Positions 38,301-50,300 of a DNA stretch of 64,000 nucleotides are shown here, one piece after another (within the stretch, counting starts at the first letter, position 1; each line of letters starts with the position of its first letter). Position numbers and translations under genes: made by a program. The stretch covers positions 5,746,716 to 5,810,715 of the forward strand of contig MU058337.1 in assembly GCA_013265495.1 (NCBI GenBank). Direction: 5' to 3'. Below the pieces are notes generated by a model. It saw only the letters and a program-made list of their open reading frames with translations. It was not told the DNA's origin and did not search any database. The stretch is from Vicugna vicugna (taxonomy: Eukaryota).

Positions 38301-41300
38301 CCCATCATCACCCAGCATCATAATAAATGGGTGTGATACCGTGAGAAGAAACACAGGCTTTGGAGCCTCGGTTCACATTCTGCACCACAGCCTTGGATAA
38401 GATGCTTATTGATGCCAAAGTGAACCCTCGACTTGGAAGGCTGCTCTGAGGAGAAGAGACAGTCTGTCTACAGTGCCAACCCCTGCACCTGGTGACCCTC
38501 AGCCCCCGCCAGCCGCTGGTGTCCCTGTTGTCATTGGTCACACCTGGCACATCTAAGTGAGTGAGCATCGTTCTGTAGCATCACCTCCTCTGAGGTTGCT
38601 CCCGGCCTTTACACTGTAAGCCTCCAAAAGGCAGCTTTTGATGATCAAGAAATACTTTTGATAACAGTCCTCATGAATCCCCGCAGTTCTGCTGCCCTGG
38701 TCTTAGTTCCGGTCCCAGCTCCTTTCCTTGTAGTTTATTCTGAGCCCTGGTACCCTTGAGAAGATGCCATAAGTTGGTCTCCCCAGTGCCCTCGAACTGG
38801 GATGACCTGAGAACTTCTAGTAGATTTGCAGCTGCGAGTCTGTTTCTTCTCGTCTACTTTACTACCCTCCTCGGTCATTAAACGTTCAATTTTTTAATTG
38901 AAGTAAAATTCTCCTACCATAAAATTAACCATTTTAGTTCTTCTTAAAATTGAAAATGAAATTACCATATGATCCAGCCATTCTACTTCTGGATGGATGG
39001 ATAGACAGACAGACAGACAGATACACAGATCCAAAGGAATTGAAATCAGGTGCCTGGGGTGCAGTCAGCACCTGAAGGAATGAGGGAGAGAGGATGTTAT
39101 TAGTATAAAGTGGATTGTTTGTAATGCTGCAGGAGAAAAATGTTACACCAGAAAGTGCTGGATTTGTTTAAAAGACAGAATCCTCGTTGTTCCCTCACGT
39201 TTGGACTTTGCATCTCAGCCGTGGGCTGCAGGTAGTCTGGGTTTGGCGGTAAAACCAGCCCAGCTTCCTAACTTTCCAGCTTTCTCTGTTGAGTTCTTTA
39301 GTCAGTATCCTCCTGTCACACTTCAGTGATACCACCTGCTTGTCACATGCCTTTCTTCCAGTCTTTTCTTATGGGGGTAGAGGGGCATTAAAGCACAAAG
39401 AGGCCCCTGCGTAGGGATTTAGCTCAAGTTCTGGTGGGTGGTGGTTTTTTAATACCATTATCTTCTGCTTTCAGTTAGAAACTGTGATAGGATCCCAGCT
39501 CTGAGCAAAGAAGCCTGTCAGCTGATGGCCAAGTTCTTATCTCTCTTTCCAGGTTCACTACAATGTTGGCAAAAACCTGGCTGATAAAGGCAATCAGACA
39601 GCCGCCATCAGATACTACCGGGAAGCTGTGAGGTACCGCAAGCATCTTGTCTCGCAGAAGAAATGCCATTTATACAGTATACGTGTCGATTTTAACTTTC
39701 CAGAGTTAAAAACCCATCCCTATACAGACTCCCAACTTTAAATTTCAGTTCCTGAGAGCTGAGTGAAGACTACAGGCTTGGTTTCTCTCTCCACTTCCAG
39801 ATTAAATCCCAAGTACGTTCATGCCATGAATAATCTGGGAAATATCTTAAAGGAGAGGAATGAGCTCCAGGAAGCGGAACAGCTGCTGTCTTTGGCGGTA
39901 CAGATACAGTAAGCATTGTTTCTGTATTGATGCTCTTGAAAAACCTATGAGCTCCTGCAGTTCTGGGGCCAAAGCCATTCTTTTCCTTGTTTATCTTCCA
40001 GGCCAGACTTCGCTGCTGCGTGGATGAATTTAGGCATCGTGCAGAACAGCCTAAAACGGTTCCAAGCCGCTGAGCAAAGTTACCGGACGGCCATCAAGCA
40101 CCGGAGGAAATACCCAGATTGTTACTACAACCTCGGGCGTTTGGTAAGTGTACGGGTGCCCTGTGCTGCCAAGGAAAAGCTTGGCTTGGTTTCCTTGTTT
40201 ATAATGAAATGAGAGTGGTAGCACCCATTCTAGCCCCTGCATCTTAAGAAGTTCTTTCACATAGGTTTATCTCAGTTGAAAGTAGCTGTTTGATTTCCTT
40301 ATGTGTTGTTTTTTTAAGTCCTAATTAGAGAGCAGTCCAACTTGAATTTGCCAAGTTAAAGAGATCATGAAGGCAACCGGTTAAACTAAGGAATAAATTA
40401 CAATTTTAACAGTCCCTTTGTGCCCTGTAAAACAGTATTCCAAGGGGCTACTTCCTGAAAAACATTGATTGCTCTGTTTTTAAAACACAAACTGAACAAA
40501 AACTGAAATTAAAAAAACAAACAAACCCTGAGCTTCTCTCTTTTCCTGCCTCAAGGGACTGCTCCCTACATTTTTACTGGTAACTCTCTGCCCATAAAAG
40601 CAAGCTCACAAGCCCACAAAAGCGCTGTGAGATTATTTAGTGGAAACAGAACATAATGTGTTCCAGAGTGACTTTCTCTTTTGGAGCACTAACAGGATGG
40701 TTATAAAGCTTTCAATGCTCTTGATTTTCTTTTCTTTTAATGGTTTATTTCCTTATTCAAACAAGTATTACAGCAGTAGCTAATACAGTAAGTTCAATAG
40801 TCTTAAAACCTGAAAACATATATTGATAATGATGGTCAAATAGATTCTGTCATGATTTCTGAAAGACCTCCACAAGGATGCACAGCTTAATTGTTAAAGC
40901 TCCTGAGTTCCTTAATAAAGAAAATAACTACACACACAAAATTATATGTGGCGATGGAGATGGTAACTAACATTATTGTGGTCAGCATTTTGCAATATAC
41001 ATGTGTGTCAAATCATCATGTTGTACACCTTAAACCAACATACGTTAAATGCCAATTTTATCTCAGTAAAGCTGGAAATAAAAAAGAAGACTTACCTGTA
41101 AATAGCAAAAATTTTTAAACAAGAATGACTATATTCTCCCTTCAATTAACCTTTCAGTTTGGCTTCATGAAACCCAATACATACAAGTTTCTACTGTATT
41201 TAATTTTAGTAAATAAAATTGTTATGGGAAAAACTTTTTGCTTTTTAGCCAAACTAGAATACATGTTTAGTGATGTGATTTTTAAAAGAATTTTGTACAT

Positions 41301-44300
41301 AATTTTCCAGATTTTATCTAGCCTAGCCTCACAGGTAGAATTACATCAAAGTAGTTTTGAAGAGATGCCTATTTATCCTCATTTCAAAGGCCTGAAGCTT
41401 CTTGGTCCTGTGGAGTCCTTGTGTGATCAAAACCAGAAGTTCCCAAAAGTAGCTGTGCATCCAAGTCACCCCATCCCGTCTCAGATTTAGGGAATCAGAA
41501 ACTCCACAGGGTATCTGTATTGGTGAAAAACAACAAAACTCCCTGGTGATTCCAGTTCCCTGTTGTGGTCTCTGCATACGGGAAGCGTCTGAGCATGGAG
41601 CAGGTAGACTGAGCGGGTCAGAGAGGAAGAGGCTATCTGGGGAGAGCAGCCTAGAAAACACAAACTACTCTAGGTTTTTTGAAAATCCAGGCTCCCGTTT
41701 TTCACCGTGACGGGAATGTGTTCGTCGTGGTAAACGGCTTTGCTTCGGGACTGGGTGGTTGTGATGGTAGAGTTTATGGGTGGAGGAAGCAAGGTGGCAG
41801 GAGCCTGTGACTGACTGAGGAAGTTTCACGTCTCCCACTCTGCATAAGTCACTTGAGGTGGCAGGTACTGCTTGTGCTATACATTTTAAAGGGAAGTGAC
41901 TTGTGCGTTTTCATTATTGAAAAAAAAAAAAGAAGACATGTTTCAGTTACATTGTGTCTTGGGAAGATGCTGTGTCTATATACTTATTCAAGTGTAGAAA
42001 AGGGGAGTCATTTCTTCCGGGATGGAGGGAAGGTGGCAGTAGTGTGGCGGAATCCACACAGCAGCAAGCTGTTTGAAGGAAATGACAGCAGGATATCCCC
42101 ATTGTCCAGAGCCCCGTGACCTGGTACACATTCCTGTTTCCTTTCACATTTTCAAATTCGGTGCTTTATGACTAGTTACATCCTTTGATGTTGAAACAGC
42201 TTTCTCTGTGAAACCTGAAGATAGGAGGAGCGCTAAAGCTCTTTTAGTGATAACTGTCATAGAGGAGGGAAGAGACCTTTTCCCTCTATCCTCTGAGGTT
42301 CTCAGACCGGGGCCCTGCGAATTAGACTGAGCACAGTCAGGTTAACAGGAGAAGAGAGTTTATGAACACACGCAGTGAGCATGCACGTAGGAGAAATGCA
42401 GTGATGGGTAACTCAAGGGGGTGGTTAGAACTTGGACTTACGTAGCATCTTGCAAAGAACTATACATTTGTAGAGAAGTGACAAGACAGAGGAAGAGGTT
42501 TCAGGCTTCCAAGACGACAAACTGTGGGAGGGTAAATATATGGGGGAAACTAATGAAATGAGGTGTGCCTGTGTGGGTTCGTCTTCTCCATGGCCGTAAG
42601 ACTTCCCCAGGAGAGGGGGCTCATGGCCTTCCTCCTTTCTCAGAAGTTTCTGCTTTGAGTCAGATAAGGGAAGCTCCAGGAAAGCTTCTTTCTGCATCTG
42701 TTAAATCTCAGATGCCTTCAGTGCAATAATTTTTACACCAAAATGGTGTATTTGGGGCGGCATGTTCTGGTCCTCTGCATCGTTGTCTTGTGGGCGGGGC
42801 TGGGAGGCAGGGGGAGACGATGAAACTTCGCCATAATGATATCAGTAGAGAGCAGAGAATCCAGTCATACTCAAAGCAGGGTGGATCCTTGCAAAGTTAA
42901 TGAAGTGAGAATAAGGGCTGGAGCATATTGGGTGTCACCAAACACTTGCATTGGTGGTGGTTTTGGGGATTATTGTTTCTGTTTACCATGTGCTGGCACT
43001 TGCATATTACACTTGAGATCCATGTGAATTCTTCTTTCATTCCTTTCTTTTTTCTTTTTTGGAGGCAGCTCTTTTTTGAGGCTGTTATTTGTGAAGTGGG
43101 TGTACCTGCCTGTAGTCCTCGGTTAGACTTTAAAGCTCTGCTACTTAGCAGCCGTCTTCCTTCCCCTGGTAGCTGCCTGTCAGTGCAATTCCTTGGGGTT
43201 TGGAAAACTGAGAATTTATGCTAAATGAGCCCTCTGTAAGAGTTACTGCCCAAGAAAGGAAGATAGAATATAAAACAGGATTTTAGCTCGTGCTGCAGCG
43301 CTCGCTCATGTAGAAGATCGTCTGTAGGACTGGATGTATTGAGACCTTGCACTGCTCTCTCTCTGCTGTTTACTCGTTGTGCTGCCATGAAGTGATCTTG
43401 CTGTGTTTCCTCTTGCCAACTGTTCTTGCTTATTTGAAGATTTTTCTCTCCATTGTTGTTTAATTATCCAGCTCTTGCCTGCTTGACAGCTTAAAAGCAT
43501 TAAGAGCTTAATCTTTAACAGCTCAACCAGTAGAGTTGTATATTGGCAAATAATAGGAATTTAATAACTTAAAAGTTTCTTTAAAAAAAAAAAGGCACTC
43601 TTTAGTAACGGGAAACAGAAACATGTTTTGATTTCTGGACCGAGATAAGTCGGGAATATAAGGCAGTTCTCTTGTGACGTAGGGAGTTGAGAAGCGCTGG
43701 GATGTTTGGGAGGCATTACTGATGTGAGAAAATTACAGAGACATGACCAGAGACGGGTCGTTGTGCAGGGACTAACTGTATCAGCCACGATCCGTTCAGG
43801 AGAACCAAAACTGTGCCCTAGGTATCTTAAATAGAGAAGATCCAGTACAGGGCACTGGTTAGACCATTGCTGGTAGAGCACACGTGGAGAGGTGATACTA
43901 ACTCAGAGAGTTAGAGGATACCCTGTAGGGTTGGGGGAGGAGGAATCCAGGAGCTCAAGAAGGCACCGCATCGCAGGAGCTACACCACCTCAGGAACTGA
44001 GATTGTGAAGGAAGGACCACAGTCCATCCTTGGGGCTGTAGAGCCACTGCCAAGGACAAGGAAGGAGAGAGTGGGAATGGGGGAAGGGCTGCTGCCGCTT
44101 CCAACCAGCTGATGGTCCCCTGTGACTCCTGTTGGCAGAAACTTAACAAGAAGCCAAGTGGCAGGGGTCCTGGGAAATGCAGTTTGCAGAGTCTAGAAGG
44201 ATGAGCATAGGACTTATAAGTAAATAACGTGCTTATTACTTTCTGGATGGGCAGTTCTTGCTAAAGTACCGTGTTTCTTTGTTTCCCTTAGCGTGCTTGT

Positions 44301-47300
44301 TCACTTTGTCTAGATGCTACAAAGGACAAAGTTCAAGTCAAAATAAAAGTAAATGTTACCTGATTCAGTCTATGGTTATTCTTTAATAAATAGTAATAAT
44401 AATAAAAAATAAAATATGTGAAGAACTTTTTGTGATGTAAATGAAGTTATGCTGGTTTTCCTGGGTACATTAAAAAAGAATGTCACCACAGGTCTTGTCC
44501 ATGTGACTCAAATGCATGTCACTTGCTAGAGAGAATTGACTGAGAAATCAGGGGAACATCAAATAGAGAGAGACAGTTAAAAAATGTTGGTATAATTAGG
44601 CAATCTAAATTATTTTTTTTTGAACTTCACATATCATTTCCTCACTTAAGGGCTAAAATGTTGTATCTTGAGTTTCTGAGTCTCATGGGAAATTCTGACA
44701 ACATCTTTAGCAAAGGGCTATTTCACAAATGTTTCCATAATTCATTAAACCTTTCTTTTTCTTGCATAAAGTGCCACCTATTTGCTGTGTGGGTCATAGG
44801 GCAAGTCAAACTATTTCTATTGTCTAATGAAAAGACAGACTTGACAGTAAGAAAGGAAATAGCCTTAAACTCTCATAAATTATAATGATTTGGACTTTTG
44901 CAGACTTGAACCAAGTTCATTCAGATGAAATGTGCATTTGAACTGAATTTAAAAGGGCAAGAGAGTCATCTGCTACAAAAACACTCCACTGTCTCCCTCT
45001 GCATGCTTTTATTAACTATGCAGATTGAGAGCCAGCTACTTTGTATTCTGTTATCAGTGATAAACAACATTCCTTCTCAAAAGAAAGCAACAGATCATTC
45101 TCTCCTTCGTGAAGGAGGCAGACAGGCTCCAAAGGGCCAAAGGGGTTTACATTACTGCTTTCCCAGCGAGTTCATAAAGTATATCTGAACATACAGTTTT
45201 ATATGAAGCTTAGATGTAAGCAGGCAGAGGCTACAAGACCACTTTTCACAGGGTGACCTTGACCCATGTCACTTTGAAGCACATTTCATATTTTGTTAAC
45301 TTTTAAAATAATACCTAGACTATCTGAAGTCTTTCAAGAAAAATGCGAATGATTAAATTTTTAACTGACCTTTCTGCAGCAGCCTGAAACATGATTTGAC
45401 ATGGAATCGCTAAATTATGGGTGGTGGTAAAAGGTTGTGGGCTCAAGAACTGGACTCCTGGGTCCCATTCCCTGCTCTGTCGTTTCTAGATGTGGAACTT
45501 GGGGCAAGTCACCTCATTTCTCTGTGTCTCAGTTACTTCATCTGTAAAATGGGGCTGGTTCTCTTCTTCACTGAGATTGTTTCAAGGATTAAATGAGTTA
45601 ATATGAAAAATGAGAAGCTTGGTAGGTGTAAGTTCGGTTTGGGGTTTGATTTGGTTATGTCTTAGAGCAAAAAAAAATGGTGTCTTGATGTTGGGGCCGC
45701 ATGCTTTATTTCAGTATGCGGATCTAAATCGTCACGTGGATGCACTGAACGCGTGGAGAAATGCCACCATGCTGAAGCCGGAGCACAGCCTGGCTTGGAA
45801 CAACATGATCATACTCCTTGATAACACAGGTACGGAGACGTCGATTCCGTGAACCAGAGGGGACGGCTCCACGGCTCAGCACCGCTGGCTCATTGGGAGA
45901 TGTAGATCAGTGTGCTTTTTTTCCCTAGTGTGTGTTAGAGTGAGTTTTTGTTTTGTTTTGTTTTTTTTAGTTACTATGGGGTTCAATATTTTGCATAACC
46001 AAAATGTCTATTTTCTAGAAAATGGAGACCCCTTTGATATACTGGAATGTGAATGTTTGGGACAGTGACACTTTACTTGGAGTTGGTGTTGAGTGACATT
46101 AGCAGGTGTGCCCTCATGTCTTGTCTCTTCTGAAGCCTGTTATCGGGCAAGAGCCACCGTCCGGGCTCCTGGAGGTACCCAGAGGTCAGCAAGAATGGCT
46201 TCTGGGCTTTTGAAGTGGATGGTGCTAAGTCCACGCGCTGAAGGACATGGCCAGTACTCAAAGGAGACGCCCTCAAACCTACACTCACAGATTCTTATTC
46301 TAGATACAAGGCTAATAAACTGACGATCTGGTTCTGAGCCCAGGGGAGACTTGATCAGTTAGAAGTTTCTCTGCTCCCGTAGTTTTAAAAATCCAGCCAT
46401 TCGTAGGAAGTGATAGTTTTAATTCGGCAGAATTTAAAGCTGGTGAGCCGTCCAAGCATGTGGAAGGAGACAGGCACATGCTTCTAATGGAAGTGTAGAG
46501 TGTGTGCGCCAATGTGGTAGATATTCAGTTATTAAAGTGTCTCAGTGACACTGTTATGCTGCAGACTGGTTTTCTCCTATTTGGGTATGACTGGTGTCTG
46601 GGGGAACATTAAAATTAGGTTTTACGTGCTTTTACAGAACTGAATCAAGAGCTGTTTGTGTATTATGTCAGAATTGTGCTGGACTGCAGGGGCTTTGTAG
46701 TTGATAGGATCGCGCGTGCGCGCGTGTGTGTGCATTGTGTGTGCACATGCATCACATGTTCCACATTGATTTTCTTAAGTAGTTTATTCTTAGTCGTTCT
46801 GCATAAATGCACAAAATCCCTGTTAATTAAAGAGACTGAAATACTAGTAAAATGTGAGCTTTTTTTTTTTCAAGTTTTCCATTTTTTTTTTACTCAAGGC
46901 AATTTGGCCCAAGCTGAAGCCGTTGGAAGGGAGGCCCTGGAATTGATACCTGACGATCACTCTCTGATGTTCTCATTGGCAAACGTGCTGGGGAAGTCCC
47001 AGAAGTACAAGGTGTGTGGACTGAAGGCTGTGATGTCTTGCAGTGAGTGCCAGCATCTGACAGGAGCCATACGTGTAACTTCTGCCCAGTTCAATTCAGA
47101 ATTGGGCCGAAACCCAAACGGTGGTGGCCACGTACCAGTGGGGCTCCGGCAGTGTGCTTCCTGGAGAAGCTGCCCAGAAGATGAATTTGTGGAGTCAAAC
47201 TCCACATCCTTTCTGGTCAGCGTTCACCACCATTGCTCAAATGTGGGAGGGGAGGAAAAACCCAAAGGAGGAGCAAGGACGGCTCATCCTAGCTGACGCC

Positions 47301-50300
47301 CCGGCCCCGGCCCCGGCATGGAGCTGTGATTCGGTGCCTGGTGACGGGGCCAGCGCTCTGGGTTTATTTGTAGTTATCGTCTTCTGCACAAAAAGGATAA
47401 TGGTCCATGGGGATACTGGGCTGGTTCTTGCTGCTTCCAAGTTTTTCCTCATCTACAGGAAAGTACAGGTCATTCCAAGGCCCTAGAAGTTTCTGACCAA
47501 TGAAAACCACAAGGTGTTTGATCTGGGGCTGATGTTTTTGCTCTAACTGGGCTCCTGGGGTTGGCCAGGAGTAGACTGACTCAGAAGGTGCCTAACTCCC
47601 TGTGTATCGAAGGGGACTCAGTGTTTTCTAATACCACCGATCTCGGATTTTAATTTTCTGTATGAGCATCACTGAGGGGGCCTGTAAGGATACAGGTGCC
47701 CATGTTTCTCCCCGTGTCTCAGCTGGGTTAGGGCAGGGAGCATACATTTTTAACCAGCATCCTGGCTTCCTAACACAGACGTTACAGAAAGCACACTTTT
47801 AGAAGGGATGTCTTAGTCCTTTCAATGAGAGAAATGTTTCCTTTCTGAATAGGGGCCATATCAGACTTTGATCACACTAAGCCTAAAAGTCATGATTAAT
47901 TCATATTTGTCTCAGGTTATTTACTTCTCCTAGCCAGCTCATTTCGATATCATTATATGTATAATTTTCTATAACAATAGTTAAGATATTTCATGCATTT
48001 CTCTGCTTTTTGAATGATAGGGAGCTTAATAGCTTCAGTATACACTTTTTAATGTCTAGATTATGCCCACAGATAATGTTTTGAGGGGTTTTGTTTTATT
48101 TTTTACAGACCTACTTGTGTAGAGAGGAGGCAGGTGCAGTGTGTGGGTTCCCCTCTGATGACTTTCCAGCTGTCTGTGAGCCTGGGACGGGCAGGGGTCC
48201 AGTAACCAGCTTCAGCGAGTCATCTTCAAGATGCAGCTTATACGATCGTTGTATTGATTTTTCTGTCATCCCACAGCCTATGAACTGGACTTCCTATTAA
48301 GGTGACAAACCTGGAGTTGATTTGGCTTCCAGTTCACAGTGTTTTTGCTTTTGCTTTTGTTTTTGTTTTTGTTTTTCCAGATTAAGTAGGCAGTACTCCA
48401 TAAAGCAGAATGAAGAAATGGGTTTCCCGTTTCTCTACACATTTTTGCATCCTAACTGTCGAGGCCAGGGCGCTGAGCCTGAGATAACGCAACGGAAGAT
48501 GAACTCACGAATTTTTTTTTTTGGCCCCATTTAGATACTACTTATTATCTACTTGATAGTTTTTATTAAATTCTTAACACAAATTGTGCTTAAAGTGGAA
48601 ATGTGCTATCACTGCTAGAAATATAAGGGAACTAAAGATAGAATAATTTTACTAAATCTCAGGTAGGTACCACTGTTGGCCAGGGCTCTGAGCCTGAGGG
48701 TGGCCTTCTGTTAGCTTCAGGTGTTATGGGGGTGACCCAAACCACCACCAAACAGCTGAACCAGAAGAAAGGAAGGCAAATTGAAGAGGGAACTACTCTT
48801 GCTCTGTGATTCGTGGTTTCACCCTCGTACTGGACCACCCGTGTTACCCTCCCAGCTGGGTGGTCTGCAGGGTGTCCCTTGGGAAACGCTGGATGAGAGA
48901 ACAGAGGTGGGTTTAAGGATGCGGCTGCAGTGATGCTGCAGCCCTGCCATCCGGGGTGGCTGAGATGACCTCCAACTGCCCAGTCCTCACCGCCTCGGCC
49001 GACGGACCCTCTCCTGCTTTTTTGCAGGGCCTTCCTCTGTCCCATGTGTTACCCTAAACCTTGGTCAAATACAGTTTGTCTAATACCCTTTAGAAAATTA
49101 TGTTCTTTTACCTGTCGATGAAAAAAAAAATCCCCGATTTTAAATATGAGTTTATTTATTTGTTCCTCAGCATAAATCAGCTCCTCCCCCTGGGCCAGGC
49201 AGCATCCTTGAACCTCCACAGAAGATCAGTCTGTAAATAGTTCAGTGCTTCCCAGAACAGGTCTGTTAAAAAGCCTGATTTAATAGATGAGCATTTCATG
49301 GGCTTTGAGTACGTGCAGATGTTTGTGTTCTAACGAGGCCTCCAGCCCGGTCCTGCCTCCCAGGGCCCGGGTGCAGTTCCGGGGCCACTGAAGCATCCTC
49401 TCAGGGCTGACCCAAGGTTACCTGAAATGGAGCGTGTCTAACACACACTCACCGTCCCCCACAGACCCACGCTTCCTCCTGATGTCCCTTCTCTTGTCAG
49501 CGTGCCCAGGCTCAGAAACTTTGAGTCATTTTTCCTTCCCCCATTACCTTGCCCAACCTCATACCCCTTTCCACCCACCAGCCTTGCCTTGCCAAGAGCA
49601 GCAGCCCCCGAGCAGGCTGTAAGCCCTGTACCCTGCCCCGCTGCGCCCACTCTCCTGAACTCCACTACATCCTCCAAACCCGAGTCTGACCCCTGTCATC
49701 CTGAGTGAGGTCCACGAGCGTGAAATTAGTTAAATGAATCAAGCAATGAATCGGGCGTCCGCTGGAGAACTCCAAACTTGCTTTTATCTCTAAATCATGG
49801 TCGTGAGTTAACACTGCTTCGTCTGCAGGTAAAGGAGCATTTTAAAGTAGATCAGCGTTCCCTGGCCTTCCCAGTTCTCAGATTTGAGGTTTTAAAGGGA
49901 AATGTTTGAAATTAATCAGAAACAGCGCAGCTACAAACCAGCACAAATAGACACAATTCATTTGATTTTTTGGTTTGTCTGCTTTGTTTTTGTTTTTGTT
50001 TGCAGCCTACCTAGCGTGGCAGGAAATCTTAGACTTCCTTGAAGGAGCGTTCACTCCTGAAAGCCAGACTGGAGGCACCAGCCTTGAGCTGAGTCCTGAG
50101 AGTGACATTTGCTGACATCTGCATGCCATCCTGACGTCTTTGTTCAGTCCCTCACAGATGACATTTCTAAAAGACAGCTTTTCCCTGCCAGCTCTGTCTG
50201 AAAGGTGGTGGTTTCAGAGATGTTTGCCCAGACTCCCAGCCTGTTTCTCCGGAGTTTCCCAGGAGCGCTGCAGGCCAGCACAGAGCAGGGAAGCTGGTCT

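Noticed and set aside
47298-47316. (GGGGCC)3 on the minus strand, C9orf72-like
   Set aside because: Only three units, so too few G-runs for an intramolecular G4; no sign of expansion.
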